IMG/VR virus record: IMGVR_UViG_3300009419_000015
DNA from: an uncultured virus (IMG/VR IMGVR_UViG_3300009419_000015)
Lineage: Duplodnaviria; Heunggongvirae; Uroviricota; Caudoviricetes
Direction: 5' to 3' (one strand)
Length of the DNA stretch: 20,000 bases
Positions 7,374 through 15,778 of this stretch are shown in pieces (position 1 is the stretch's first letter; each line of letters opens with the position of its first letter). The notes beneath the pieces were generated by a model that had not been told where the DNA came from, did no database searches, and saw nothing but the letters and a program-made list of their open reading frames with translations. The position numbers were made by a program, and so were the translations under genes.

Positions 7374-8933
7374 ATGACAAATAGAAGTTTCCCAACTTTT
7401 TTCGATGTTGCAGAACCATTAATGGAGAATGTACAAGCTGCTAAGGATTATTTAATCAAGCAATATGCAGATAAAAAAGGAATTAAGCCATCGGAAATCG
7501 ATGCAGAAGAAAAAAAGGTGATACTTTCATCCAAGATTTTTACCGAAATTAGAGACATGCTTCAGAAATCTCCAGGATACACTTTAGCATTTCTTAAATT
7601 TAGAATGGATCAGAAAGCTCAAATGGATGAACTGAAGGAGATTCTTGAAATGCTTCAGAAGTATAAAGGACAGATTAATGAATTACCAATGTCAGTTGAG
7701 GACTATGCTAAATATGTTGTCAAAAAGGATGATGAGGATAGAAGACCTGGTTTTGAGCTATTAGGTGATGAACTTAGAAATTTCGAGAGAAAAAGAAAAG
7801 TTAAAGATTTCTATAATGAATTAACACCTAGGATGAAGAAAGCATTTTCTTCGGCAACCGATGTTCAAATAGAGGAATTAACAGCTATATCAAACAAATT
7901 AAAATCTTTATCTGATATTAAAACAGAGGAGGGTAATGCTAATGCATGGAAATCTTTTTCTAAAAATATGAAAAAGTATGATGATACAAGGACATATCCT
8001 GAATATTCCGATGAAAAGAAAGCATTTAAGGACTTAATAAAGGATGCTCTTGAATTCACAGAAAGTTGGGGTCAGTCGGAGGATAAGCTATTGGGAAAAA
8101 TAAAATCTCTAGGTCCTCAGGCAGGTATCATATATGCTAAAAAAGGTTATATTGTGATGTCAGCAAGAACACCAGAGGCTCAAAGAGCAATATGTGCAGA
8201 TACAAACTGGTGTATTAGAACGGATTCAACCTTCTGGAGCTATGCAACTGGTAGAATTCAACTTAATATAATAAATTCAAACGTTCCTGTAACTGATCCA
8301 TTAAGTTTAATTGGAATCACTATAAATCCTGATGGAACCGTACACACGGATGCTAATAGACCTAATAGTAGACTTAGAGACAGCGGAGGAAGTACATTCA
8401 GAACGTATAAATCAGCTCTTAAGGAACTAGGATATCCTGAGGATCTTATCGAGGCTGTTGATGGAGCATTTCAGAGAGAGGTTGATATTAAAGTGGCTCT
8501 GGAGAATTATTATAGAGAAGGAAGTAAGTTAGAGGCGAGAAAGATTATAGAATCTCTAATAACAATCAGTAGAGGTTTCTTAGCTGGAACTATGAATCAA
8601 TCTGAATGGGATAATATAGCCGGTATAATTACTGAGATCATCGTCAACGATAAGGGTCTATCAAAATCACAGTTTATGAAGGTCTTTACACAACATGGTA
8701 TATTTTCTGAGGCAACATGGAAGGTTTTTGATGCCATCATAGGTAATGACTACACCAAAGAGGAAATGGAAGAAATATTAAGCTCCATAGAAAGAAATCT
8801 TGAAGGAATGGGATTCTTAATTAGAGATAATGATAATGGCGACGTACAATTAACGAAAAAGGTTAGGGATAATATAGAATCAATATTGGCTGATCGTGAT
8901 ATAATTATCAGAAGAATAAAGGATAGAATTTAA
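7374..8933 (+). CDS. Large phage hypothetical protein (519 aa) with a T-x-W-C-I motif
   Basis: Long clean ORF. ARTPEAQRAICADTNWCIR...FWSY resembles a motif recurrent in large-phage hypothetical proteins (loosely PcfJ-like). Function unknown. Confidence 0.7.
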   Translation: MTNRSFPTFFDVAEPLMENVQAAKDYLIKQYADKKGIKPSEIDAEEKKVILSSKIFTEIRDMLQKSPGYTLAFLKFRMDQKAQMDELKEILEMLQKYKGQINELPMSVEDYAKYVVKKDDEDRRPGFELLGDELRNFERKRKVKDFYNELTPRMKKAFSSATDVQIEELTAISNKLKSLSDIKTEEGNANAWKSFSKNMKKYDDTRTYPEYSDEKKAFKDLIKDALEFTESWGQSEDKLLGKIKSLGPQAGIIYAKKGYIVMSARTPEAQRAICADTNWCIRTDSTFWSYATGRIQLNIINSNVPVTDPLSLIGITINPDGTVHTDANRPNSRLRDSGGSTFRTYKSALKELGYPEDLIEAVDGAFQREVDIKVALENYYREGSKLEARKIIESLITISRGFLAGTMNQSEWDNIAGIITEIIVNDKGLSKSQFMKVFTQHGIFSEATWKVFDAIIGNDYTKEEMEEILSSIERNLEGMGFLIRDNDNGDVQLTKKVRDNIESILADRDIIIRRIKDRI

Positions 8934-8966
8934 TTCGATTCTAACACCAATAAAATCGAATTAAAT
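8928..8966. repeat. 13-bp perfect inverted repeat with 13-nt spacer
   Basis: ATTTAATTCGATT (8928-8940) and AATCGAATTAAAT (8954-8966); no good U-tract. Confidence 0.7.
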
Positions 8967-8974
8967 AACATAAA

Positions 8975-8982
8975 GATATATA
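8975..8982 (+). promoter_or_regulatory. RATATATA motif
   Basis: GATATATA ends 4 nt before ATG 8987. Confidence 0.45.
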
Positions 8983-8986
8983 AAAC

Positions 8987-10267
8987 ATGGAGAAAACATT
9001 AAATCATAACGATTTGGAATCGGAAATAATAGAATCATTTGAAGGCGGGGTAAACGTAATCGATGAAGCAAGAAGAGAGTGGTATGCTCTTAATGATTAT
9101 ACAAGAACAATGTATGATGCATTTAATGATACTGACGAGGGGAAGGATCTTCAAGCAATTGGGGTTGGTATTTTTTCTAGAGGTTATAGAGCATTACTTC
9201 TTAATAGACAAGGAGGACCGATGGCGGATGTGGAAATTTGGGAGAATGAGGATGGCAAATTCTGTTACGAGTATCTTTCTAGTAAGGCCGGTGTTGAAAG
9301 ATACAATCTTTCCAAATTTGATACGCCAGAAAAATGTCTAAGAGCTCTTCTATTAAGAATCATTAGAAATAATATACCTGCAGCTATCATCCCTAAAAAG
9401 GATATACCAAATCTTAACTTCAACGAACTAGTTCCTGTTGGTGCTAATCTTACTTACCCTGAGATAATGACCAGAATGAAAGAAACTATAGGTGGTCAGG
9501 AATTATCGGATCTTGATGTTAAATCGATCGAAAATCTACCAACTATGGAGAACCTTATGGAACTTGGCCTTGTAGGAAAGGGACTAAGAGGCGATAGTAC
9601 AATTATCAGTAAAGTTGATAAGATATCTCCTAAATATAGATTTTATTCAAGAGCAACCCAAAGAGTAGGTGAAATATACGGTGAAACTATAGCAAAAATA
9701 CTGGAGGTAAAAAAGGATGAACTATCCGGTAATATAGTTGGAACATCTTATGAAGTATGGAGAGTAAATAATTCCAACCGAATGCCAATTAATGCTGTTA
9801 ATTTCAGAACAGGTGATAATTCAGTTAAATGTAACATACAGGACAATGAGATTTTCGGATCGGTTTTTATTGCAATATTCAAGAGAACATTCAAGAGAGT
9901 TAAAAGCAACAAGTACGAGAAAGAAAAATTATTAATCCCATCATATTCAGTAAGATCTAAGGGAGCGGAAAAAGTGGCTATAGCTGAGGAATTAAACATT
10001 CTTCTTGGCGAATATTTTACAGAAGCAGCAGAAACACTAGAAGCGAGTGTATTTATAGATCCGGGAGAGGAGAACACTCAAATTCATGATAATGCACTGG
10101 CACTTCTTCTTAAATTCCTTCTTAAAAAAGGATCAAGTGATTTAAAGTCAACAATAGCTGAAAATGAGGATCTAAAAGACCTTGTTGATTTAACAACAAG
10201 ATATGAAGACATGGACGAACTTACCAAAAGACTTATCCAAGTTTCTAGAGCTCTTAGATACTATTAA
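8987..10267 (+). CDS. Hypothetical protein (426 aa)
   Basis: Long clean ORF; no recognised domain. Confidence 0.75.
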   Translation: MEKTLNHNDLESEIIESFEGGVNVIDEARREWYALNDYTRTMYDAFNDTDEGKDLQAIGVGIFSRGYRALLLNRQGGPMADVEIWENEDGKFCYEYLSSKAGVERYNLSKFDTPEKCLRALLLRIIRNNIPAAIIPKKDIPNLNFNELVPVGANLTYPEIMTRMKETIGGQELSDLDVKSIENLPTMENLMELGLVGKGLRGDSTIISKVDKISPKYRFYSRATQRVGEIYGETIAKILEVKKDELSGNIVGTSYEVWRVNNSNRMPINAVNFRTGDNSVKCNIQDNEIFGSVFIAIFKRTFKRVKSNKYEKEKLLIPSYSVRSKGAEKVAIAEELNILLGEYFTEAAETLEASVFIDPGEENTQIHDNALALLLKFLLKKGSSDLKSTIAENEDLKDLVDLTTRYEDMDELTKRLIQVSRALRYY

Positions 10268-10278
10268 TACTAAATATC

Positions 10279-10521
10279 ATGGATATACTAGAAAGGAAAA
10301 GACAGGATGTTTGCTCAGGTTGCGGAAAGGCCATAGCAGATCCAGAAAAGGAATGCTCCCACTGTGGAGCATTTCCACATAAAGCATATCACGAAAGAGC
10401 AGCTGCAAAAACTCTAGGTATTGCTAAATTCATACAGAATTCTCCAGCAATGCAGCCAAATCAAAAGCTTAGCGAGGACAGCAATAAATTACAGAATATT
10501 ATATCATTTGACGATTTCTAA
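10279..10521 (+). CDS. Small zinc-ribbon protein
   Basis: CSGCG...CSHCG motif; followed by a terminator. Confidence 0.72.
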   Translation: MDILERKRQDVCSGCGKAIADPEKECSHCGAFPHKAYHERAAAKTLGIAKFIQNSPAMQPNQKLSEDSNKLQNIISFDDF

Positions 10522-10550
10522 AAATTCCGGTCTGGTCCGGAATTTTTTTT
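10520..10550 (+). terminator. Intrinsic terminator
   Basis: AAAAATTCCGG-TCTGGT-CCGGAATTTTTTTT directly after the stop codon. Confidence 0.82.
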
Positions 10551-10571
10551 AATATACATCTAAAAATATTA

Positions 10572-11441
10572 ATGATAATACTAAAAGCAACATACGGAGA
10601 TCGGGACATAACGGAAATAATAAAATCCAGGGTTAATAATGGAAAACTTGTTATAAGATCGAATAATGATATTTGTGGTGATCCCAAACCAGGGGTTCTA
10701 AAAACATTGGATATAGAATGGCTAGAAAATAACAATTTATACAGCCAATCATGGAATGAGGGGACATCTTGTTCTATACCTAAATCAGTAAATAGAAAAT
10801 TAGGGATATTTTATTCAAATAACAAAGATAAACAGACTTATCCAACAATAAAAAAATCACTAGAAAGGATAAAGATAGCATCCGAGGGTGTTGCTGACGT
10901 TTTTACGTGCCTATGGGAGAGGATTGGTGATAATCCATTTCCTGAATCACCTAGTTGGTATAAGGTTTCTTCGCATTTAACACAGACCATTCAAATATTG
11001 CAAACCCTATACACTGCAAGATCAGCAGGAGAATATGATTATGTTAGCTTTCTTGAACATGACTGCCTGTATTCGGAGGGATGCTTCGATTATCCTGATT
11101 TCGAAAAGGGACAAATGCTATGCAATATGAATTATATTGGGTTATGTAAAGATGGATGGCAGGAAAGAAATCAAGACGATAAGCCGCTATCACAAATTAC
11201 GATGAGATTCGAAGAAGCAATATCACATTTTGAATCAATATTACCAAATGCAATATTAACAAATAGCGGATTAGTTGAACCCCAAAGGGAGATACTTGAA
11301 TGGAGATCAAAAAATCCATCGGTTCATGTTAATCATGGTTACCACTTCACCTCTCATTTCTCGATATACAGCAAGGATAGAATACATCAATCTGATCCAT
11401 ATTGGGGTGATCATAAAAATTACTCAGATTTATTTTTTTAA
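10572..11441 (+). CDS. DUF3395/SUEL-lectin-like N-terminal domain fused to putative GT-A glycosyltransferase-like domain
   Basis: The N-terminus reads IILKATYG..ITEII..NDICGDPKPGVLKTLDIEW (A-x-YG / GDP-x-PG-x-x-K-x-L pattern). The C-terminal YDYVSFLEHDCLY resembles the GT-A DxD region. Confidence 0.6.
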   Translation: MIILKATYGDRDITEIIKSRVNNGKLVIRSNNDICGDPKPGVLKTLDIEWLENNNLYSQSWNEGTSCSIPKSVNRKLGIFYSNNKDKQTYPTIKKSLERIKIASEGVADVFTCLWERIGDNPFPESPSWYKVSSHLTQTIQILQTLYTARSAGEYDYVSFLEHDCLYSEGCFDYPDFEKGQMLCNMNYIGLCKDGWQERNQDDKPLSQITMRFEEAISHFESILPNAILTNSGLVEPQREILEWRSKNPSVHVNHGYHFTSHFSIYSKDRIHQSDPYWGDHKNYSDLFF

Positions 11442-11463
11442 TTCATAACATAAAAACTAAACA

Positions 11464-11667
11464 ATGTCAACGGAATTAGTAATAAGATTAGAATCGAAGG
11501 ATGATTTTAAAAAGTGTAGGGAAGAATATAAGGATAGAAGTGGCGCATGCTGGGAAATGCATATGTGGGATTTTTTTAGATCTAAGACCTGCTATATTCC
11601 TACCCGAGATTGTTTCATAAGTTTGGATAAAGCTATTGAATTAAAAATTCTAAATATAAAAAAATAA
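11464..11667 (+). CDS. Hypothetical protein (67 aa)
   Basis: Co-oriented ORF with A-rich start context that fills the gap. Confidence 0.62.
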   Translation: MSTELVIRLESKDDFKKCREEYKDRSGACWEMHMWDFFRSKTCYIPTRDCFISLDKAIELKILNIKK

Positions 11668-11681
11668 AAAGTATTAATTTA

Positions 11682-11713
11682 TTTTTTTATCCCGAAACTA
11701 TTACATAGATTTG
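11682..11713 (+). promoter_or_regulatory. Putative early/host-type promoter
   Basis: TTTTTTTATC-CCG-N11-TAGATTTG at the head of a run of small genes. Confidence 0.7.
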
Positions 11714-11752
11714 TAAAAATTTATTATTTATAAATCTATAAAATATTTAACA

Positions 11753-11980
11753 ATGCCTAAACATAATTGTTATGATTGCTTGCATAGGGAAAAGATAGTC
11801 GGTGATGCTCATTCCAGATGTAATTACCCAAAATCCATTGAAGACCTACCTAAAAATACAGTAAGCCTAGATTCCTATGGGTGGGCTAATGGATGGGCTA
11901 ATTGGCCACATAATTTTGATCCCAGATGGATAAAGAAATGCAAGGGTTATAGTAAAATAGAAACACCTGAGCAGAAATGA
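11753..11980 (+). CDS. Small Cys/His-rich phage protein (possible Zn binding)
   Basis: CYDCLHR..AHSRC..GWANWPHNFDPRW..C; ATGA overlap with the next gene. Confidence 0.75.
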   Translation: MPKHNCYDCLHREKIVGDAHSRCNYPKSIEDLPKNTVSLDSYGWANGWANWPHNFDPRWIKKCKGYSKIETPEQK

Positions 11981-12207
11981 AAACAATCATACACGTAAAT
12001 CAGCATAATATTAAAGCCAATAATAAAGGTGAGGACAGGCCAGTGTTAACTTGTAAGACATATAAGTCCAATGATTATACTAACGAGGCTGTTATCTATG
12101 GACAAGATGGATTACCTGCTGCAAAGATAGTTTATGCTCCAGACAAGCCATTATCCTGTGGTGCAAAGGTTTGGATTGAAACATACGGTAAAGTCGAAAC
12201 TAAATAA
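11977..12207 (+). CDS. Conserved phage hypothetical protein
   Basis: IHVNQHNIK..PVLTCK..IVY.PDKPLSCGAKVWIET pattern, recalled from many phage genomes. Confidence 0.78.
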   Translation: MKTIIHVNQHNIKANNKGEDRPVLTCKTYKSNDYTNEAVIYGQDGLPAAKIVYAPDKPLSCGAKVWIETYGKVETK

Positions 12208-12210
12208 TAC

Positions 12211-12585
12211 ATGGATAGCAATAGAAAACTAATATTAACTGAGTTTGATTCACTTAAGGGACAATTTGTCATTACTGGTAGCCACAATATAGAAAGACTT
12301 GTTGCTGTTGGATCCGATGATATGGATTATTATTGGATCACCTATAATGGCAGAAAGCTAAGTTGGAGTAGCTGCGTTGGTAGAATAATGCCTCTGAAAG
12401 GACATCTCCGGGACAAGGATTATAAAGAATTGGTTAGATTAGCTAAACTTAATCATTATGATCAGGTAACACTTTGGGAACCCGAGAATGCTAAGAAATA
12501 TTCAGCTCAACACAAGGAATTGTTGATTGGTGGGATTGGAGAGAATGACGAGTTTATAACCGATATATGTTGGGATATTAATTAA
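12211..12585 (+). CDS. Hypothetical protein (124 aa)
   Basis: Tightly packed ORF in an operon. Confidence 0.72.
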   Translation: MDSNRKLILTEFDSLKGQFVITGSHNIERLVAVGSDDMDYYWITYNGRKLSWSSCVGRIMPLKGHLRDKDYKELVRLAKLNHYDQVTLWEPENAKKYSAQHKELLIGGIGENDEFITDICWDIN

Positions 12586-12595
12586 AACAGATGTT

Positions 12596-12868
12596 ATGAA
12601 AATTAAATTTTTATATGCCTTTATCATTATATTTTCATTAATTTCATGCAATGGCAGGAATTATAAATATAAAATATACGGAAAGAAAGTGATGCTAATC
12701 GAGAAACACGTAGATTGGCAAGAAACTAACTTAACCGAGGAATTAGTGGATGTTATTGCTTACACTGATACCATACATGGATATAATAACGATTCAATCT
12801 GGTATTACAATTCTAACGGATCCAAGATGACTATATTAACGCCATACAAGGTTACTAAAATAAAATAG
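12596..12868 (+). CDS. Putative lipoprotein
   Basis: MKIKFLYAFIIIFSLIS-C lipobox. Confidence 0.72.
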   Translation: MKIKFLYAFIIIFSLISCNGRNYKYKIYGKKVMLIEKHVDWQETNLTEELVDVIAYTDTIHGYNNDSIWYYNSNGSKMTILTPYKVTKIK

Positions 12869-12869
12869 G

Positions 12870-13193
12870 ATGGAAAAACACACGGTTCAATTTTTTGATT
12901 GGCTTGATATACAGAAAGAAATCTGTAAAGAGATGGGTATTGAGGAACAGTACTTTAGAGATTATCATAAATTAGTTGGTGGAGAATATAAAGATTGTTG
13001 GCATATCTGGCTGGAGTACTTCCAATCCGATGTAACCAATGATACCATCGTAAGAAACGATTGTGATGAAAGAATGGATGTTAAGCTGGAATGGATAGCA
13101 GAGGAAGGCGATGAGTGGGCAGCACCATTTGTTGAGGCAGTATATAGAGTTTGGGATAAATTTGAAATTGAATACATTAGATATAGATGGTAA
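12870..13193 (+). CDS. Hypothetical protein, acidic and Trp-rich (107 aa)
   Basis: Tightly packed ORF in an operon. Confidence 0.72.
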   Translation: MEKHTVQFFDWLDIQKEICKEMGIEEQYFRDYHKLVGGEYKDCWHIWLEYFQSDVTNDTIVRNDCDERMDVKLEWIAEEGDEWAAPFVEAVYRVWDKFEIEYIRYRW

Positions 13194-13699
13194 AAATGAA
13201 GAGCAATAGAACATACAGAATGTATGGATTGGTTCCATACAATTTAAGTCCAATCCAACAAGGAATCCAATTCGGACATGCTGTTGTTGAATATGGATTG
13301 GAATTTGGCAATACTCCAGAATACCAGAAATGGGCAAATGATGACAAAACTTTTATCATTTTAAACGGAGGCACAACAAACACCCGATACGATGAGAACG
13401 ATAATCATATTGGTTCATTAAATAATCACAGACAATTATTGTCGGATGAAGGTGTTCAATTTCGTAGTTTCTTTGAACCGGACTTAGGTGACCAATTAAC
13501 TGCGGTAGTTTTCTTGGTTGATGACAGAGTCTTTGACAAAAAGATTTGGCCAGATTATGATGGACCATATTATGCAGACATGAAAACTCCTGAACATACT
13601 GCTCATTATGAATGGAAAATGAAGTTTGCAGAAACCGAAAGGGAGGCCAGCAATATTTTATTTTTACGAGACTTTTTAAAGAACTTTAGATTAGCATAA
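13187..13699 (+). CDS. Peptidyl-tRNA hydrolase 2 (PTH2)-like protein; start may be ATG 13196
   Basis: MYGLV...LS..QQGIQFGHAV, W...KTFIILNG and FFEPDLGDQLTAVVF match the Q-x-x-H-A / F-x-E-P-D..TA pattern of phage PTH2-superfamily proteins. Confidence 0.65.
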   Translation: MVKMKSNRTYRMYGLVPYNLSPIQQGIQFGHAVVEYGLEFGNTPEYQKWANDDKTFIILNGGTTNTRYDENDNHIGSLNNHRQLLSDEGVQFRSFFEPDLGDQLTAVVFLVDDRVFDKKIWPDYDGPYYADMKTPEHTAHYEWKMKFAETEREASNILFLRDFLKNFRLA

Positions 13700-13953
13700 T
13701 GGCATTATCAAATTCGAAAATTACCAGGGCTAATAAGTTATATGAAGCAATAAAGAATAATAAGGATCTACCAAGATCACTCAGAAATATAACTGCGGAG
13801 GAAAGAGAGGAATTGCTAATCTATGCAATAGATCAGCTTATACATGAAGCCAAAAAAAGAGATGAAAAAATAGAGGAATATCAGGACTTTTTTGTAATGA
13901 TGGGTAAGTTCATGCCATACAAGAATCCAAAAAGATATAAAGGTTTTAAATAG
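13699..13953 (+). CDS. Hypothetical protein (84 aa)
   Basis: TAATG stop/start overlap with the previous gene. Confidence 0.72.
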   Translation: MALSNSKITRANKLYEAIKNNKDLPRSLRNITAEEREELLIYAIDQLIHEAKKRDEKIEEYQDFFVMMGKFMPYKNPKRYKGFK

Positions 13954-13964
13954 AAATAAAAAAT

Positions 13965-14138
13965 ATGAAGAGAATTTTAGATTTACTTGCACCCGCTTAT
14001 TTAGGGTTTGCTCTTTCGCACTTCGCAAATATTAGCTACGATCAATGGGAATTCTATTATATTATAATTCCTTTCTTTATATTAGTAAAATTAAGTAAAT
14101 TTAATAGAAATGTCGAAAACAAAAACGATAGAGGTTAG
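13965..14138 (+). CDS. Small putative membrane protein (57 aa, not in ORF track)
   Basis: Hand translation gives MKRILDLLAPAYLGFALSHFANISYDQWEFYYIIIPFFILVKLSKFNRNVENKNDRG*. It has two hydrophobic segments and an A-rich start context. Confidence 0.65.
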   Translation: MKRILDLLAPAYLGFALSHFANISYDQWEFYYIIIPFFILVKLSKFNRNVENKNDRG

Positions 14139-14640
14139 CGAGGAAATGTACGCAAAGTTAATTGAACTTGCAACCGAGATGACTACTCAGGATCCAAGGT
14201 GTACCAGAATGCCACACTTGTTTCAAATTAGAGATTGGAAAAGGAATTATGACTGGGATCTAAATGGTAACACCACATGTTGGGTTGATAGCAATGGTGA
14301 TTATACAGTAGTTGAAACACTTGATGATTTAAAAGATTATCTGGACTATAATGGTGTGGACGAACCAGACAATCTTGATGAGCTCTGGGATGATGCATAT
14401 GATCTTAGGGATTGGATTGAAGATAACTGTGGGAATCTGAAGGAGTGCTCATATTCAATGGAACCCGTTTATACTAACTCCTTTCTAACTGCTAAAGCTG
14501 CTCAGGAACATTTGGATAGAAATGACTATCATTATCATAAGGATGCAGACGTTTATCTACATCACGCATGGAGAAATCCTGAAGCAGATTTAATCTCGGA
14601 ATTTCTATGCGGATTAGTTGATAAAAAAATGCACACATAA
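14110..14640 (+). CDS. Conserved phage hypothetical protein (176 aa)
   Basis: TQDPRCTRMPHLFQI...FLTAKAAQEHL.RN.YHY...HAWRNPE pattern resembles accessory proteins of many phages. Confidence 0.75.
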   Translation: MSKTKTIEVSEEMYAKLIELATEMTTQDPRCTRMPHLFQIRDWKRNYDWDLNGNTTCWVDSNGDYTVVETLDDLKDYLDYNGVDEPDNLDELWDDAYDLRDWIEDNCGNLKECSYSMEPVYTNSFLTAKAAQEHLDRNDYHYHKDADVYLHHAWRNPEADLISEFLCGLVDKKMHT

Positions 14641-14651
14641 TCAGAGATTAT

Positions 14652-14673
14652 TCGAATTAATTTAATACATTTG
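14652..14673 (+). promoter_or_regulatory. Putative early/host-type promoter
   Basis: TCG-N11-TACATTTG upstream of the operon leading to the helicase. Confidence 0.6.
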
Positions 14674-14693
14674 CAAAAATAAAAATAAACAAC

Positions 14694-14843
14694 ATGGAAG
14701 CAATCATCAGAAAAATAGAAATCAGAATTGAAACGAACGAGGAATGCATTGACAACTTCAATGCTCCAGATCACGTAAACGATCTTCTGAGAGGCGAGAA
14801 TGAATTTCTAAAGGGATTAATAGAGGAACTGAAAAAACAATAA
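14694..14843 (+). CDS. Small helical hypothetical protein (49 aa, not in ORF track)
   Basis: Hand translation gives MEAIIRKIEIRIETNEECIDNFNAPDHVNDLLRGENEFLKGLIEELKKQ*. It follows the promoter and ends 4 nt before the next start. Confidence 0.7.
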   Translation: MEAIIRKIEIRIETNEECIDNFNAPDHVNDLLRGENEFLKGLIEELKKQ

Positions 14844-14847
14844 TATA

Positions 14848-15486
14848 GTGGTAAACAACTTCGACATCATAAGGGATCTTTTAAAATTCCGAGATAAGGA
14901 CTCCTTCTATTTTCTTCAGGTGCTGAAGAGAAGAAAGGATAATCCAGATCTTGGTAAGGACATGGTGCACATTGCTGATTATTATATCTATGACTTAGAT
15001 CAATTTGATAAGTTAAAGCCAAGAATTATCGATCAGTGTGATTCGGAGAACGCTAGAGCATACTTCAGATTGAATTCTAGAGATGCTAAGAAGGTCGCTA
15101 TGCAGACTTTGAAGAGAGTGGTAGACCATATTACATCCGAAAATCATCGTGCAGTAAAGAGCGCGTATGCATCCTGTACGGGGGAATTCCATTCTGACCC
15201 AGATAAAAGCTGGATAGTTGATATAGATTGGAAAGATTGGGATGGTGAACCACTTAGCAGGGAAACTCTATTATCAGGTGGATCATTGGGAGAAAAACTG
15301 GATTCTATGATGTCCCTTCTAACTGATCTTCAGAATGAAACCAAAAAGGAACCTAGACTGGATATAATACCAACCAAGAATGGGGTTCATATTATAACCA
15401 GACCTTTTAATTTGCAGAAATTCAAAGGATTTCATCCGGGGATGGATGTTCACAAGGACAATCCAACACTATTATATTTTAAGTAA
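14848..15486 (+). CDS. Phage protein with AEP (prim-pol)-like motifs
   Basis: GTG start. WIVDID (hhhDhD) and PTKNGVHIIT (sxxGxHh) resemble AEP motifs I and II; DVHKD is a possible motif III. Confidence 0.55.
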   Translation: MVNNFDIIRDLLKFRDKDSFYFLQVLKRRKDNPDLGKDMVHIADYYIYDLDQFDKLKPRIIDQCDSENARAYFRLNSRDAKKVAMQTLKRVVDHITSENHRAVKSAYASCTGEFHSDPDKSWIVDIDWKDWDGEPLSRETLLSGGSLGEKLDSMMSLLTDLQNETKKEPRLDIIPTKNGVHIITRPFNLQKFKGFHPGMDVHKDNPTLLYFK

Positions 15487-15504
15487 CTAATACAAGATAT
15501 AAAA

Positions 15505-15768
15505 ATGATAAAAGTAATCGTTGATGATAAGCCAAGGATCATAAGAAAAAATATGATCAGTTATCATACGGAGAATGATCTCAATTGTAGATACCAAAAT
15601 CATAATATAAATATAGCTAGACAGGAATCCGGAGATTTCTACGTAGCGGTAACAGATGATTCCGGATCTTATGCTGTTCAGGGCGGATTTGGTGGGCAGT
15701 ACTGCAGGTACGGTATTAAAACTATGGAGGATTGTTTGGTAATGTGCATACAAAACATTCTTATTTAA
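15505..15768 (+). CDS. Hypothetical protein (87 aa)
   Basis: Co-oriented ORF with good start context. Confidence 0.7.
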   Translation: MIKVIVDDKPRIIRKNMISYHTENDLNCRYQNHNINIARQESGDFYVAVTDDSGSYAVQGGFGGQYCRYGIKTMEDCLVMCIQNILI

Positions 15769-15778
15769 TTATTAAGAA

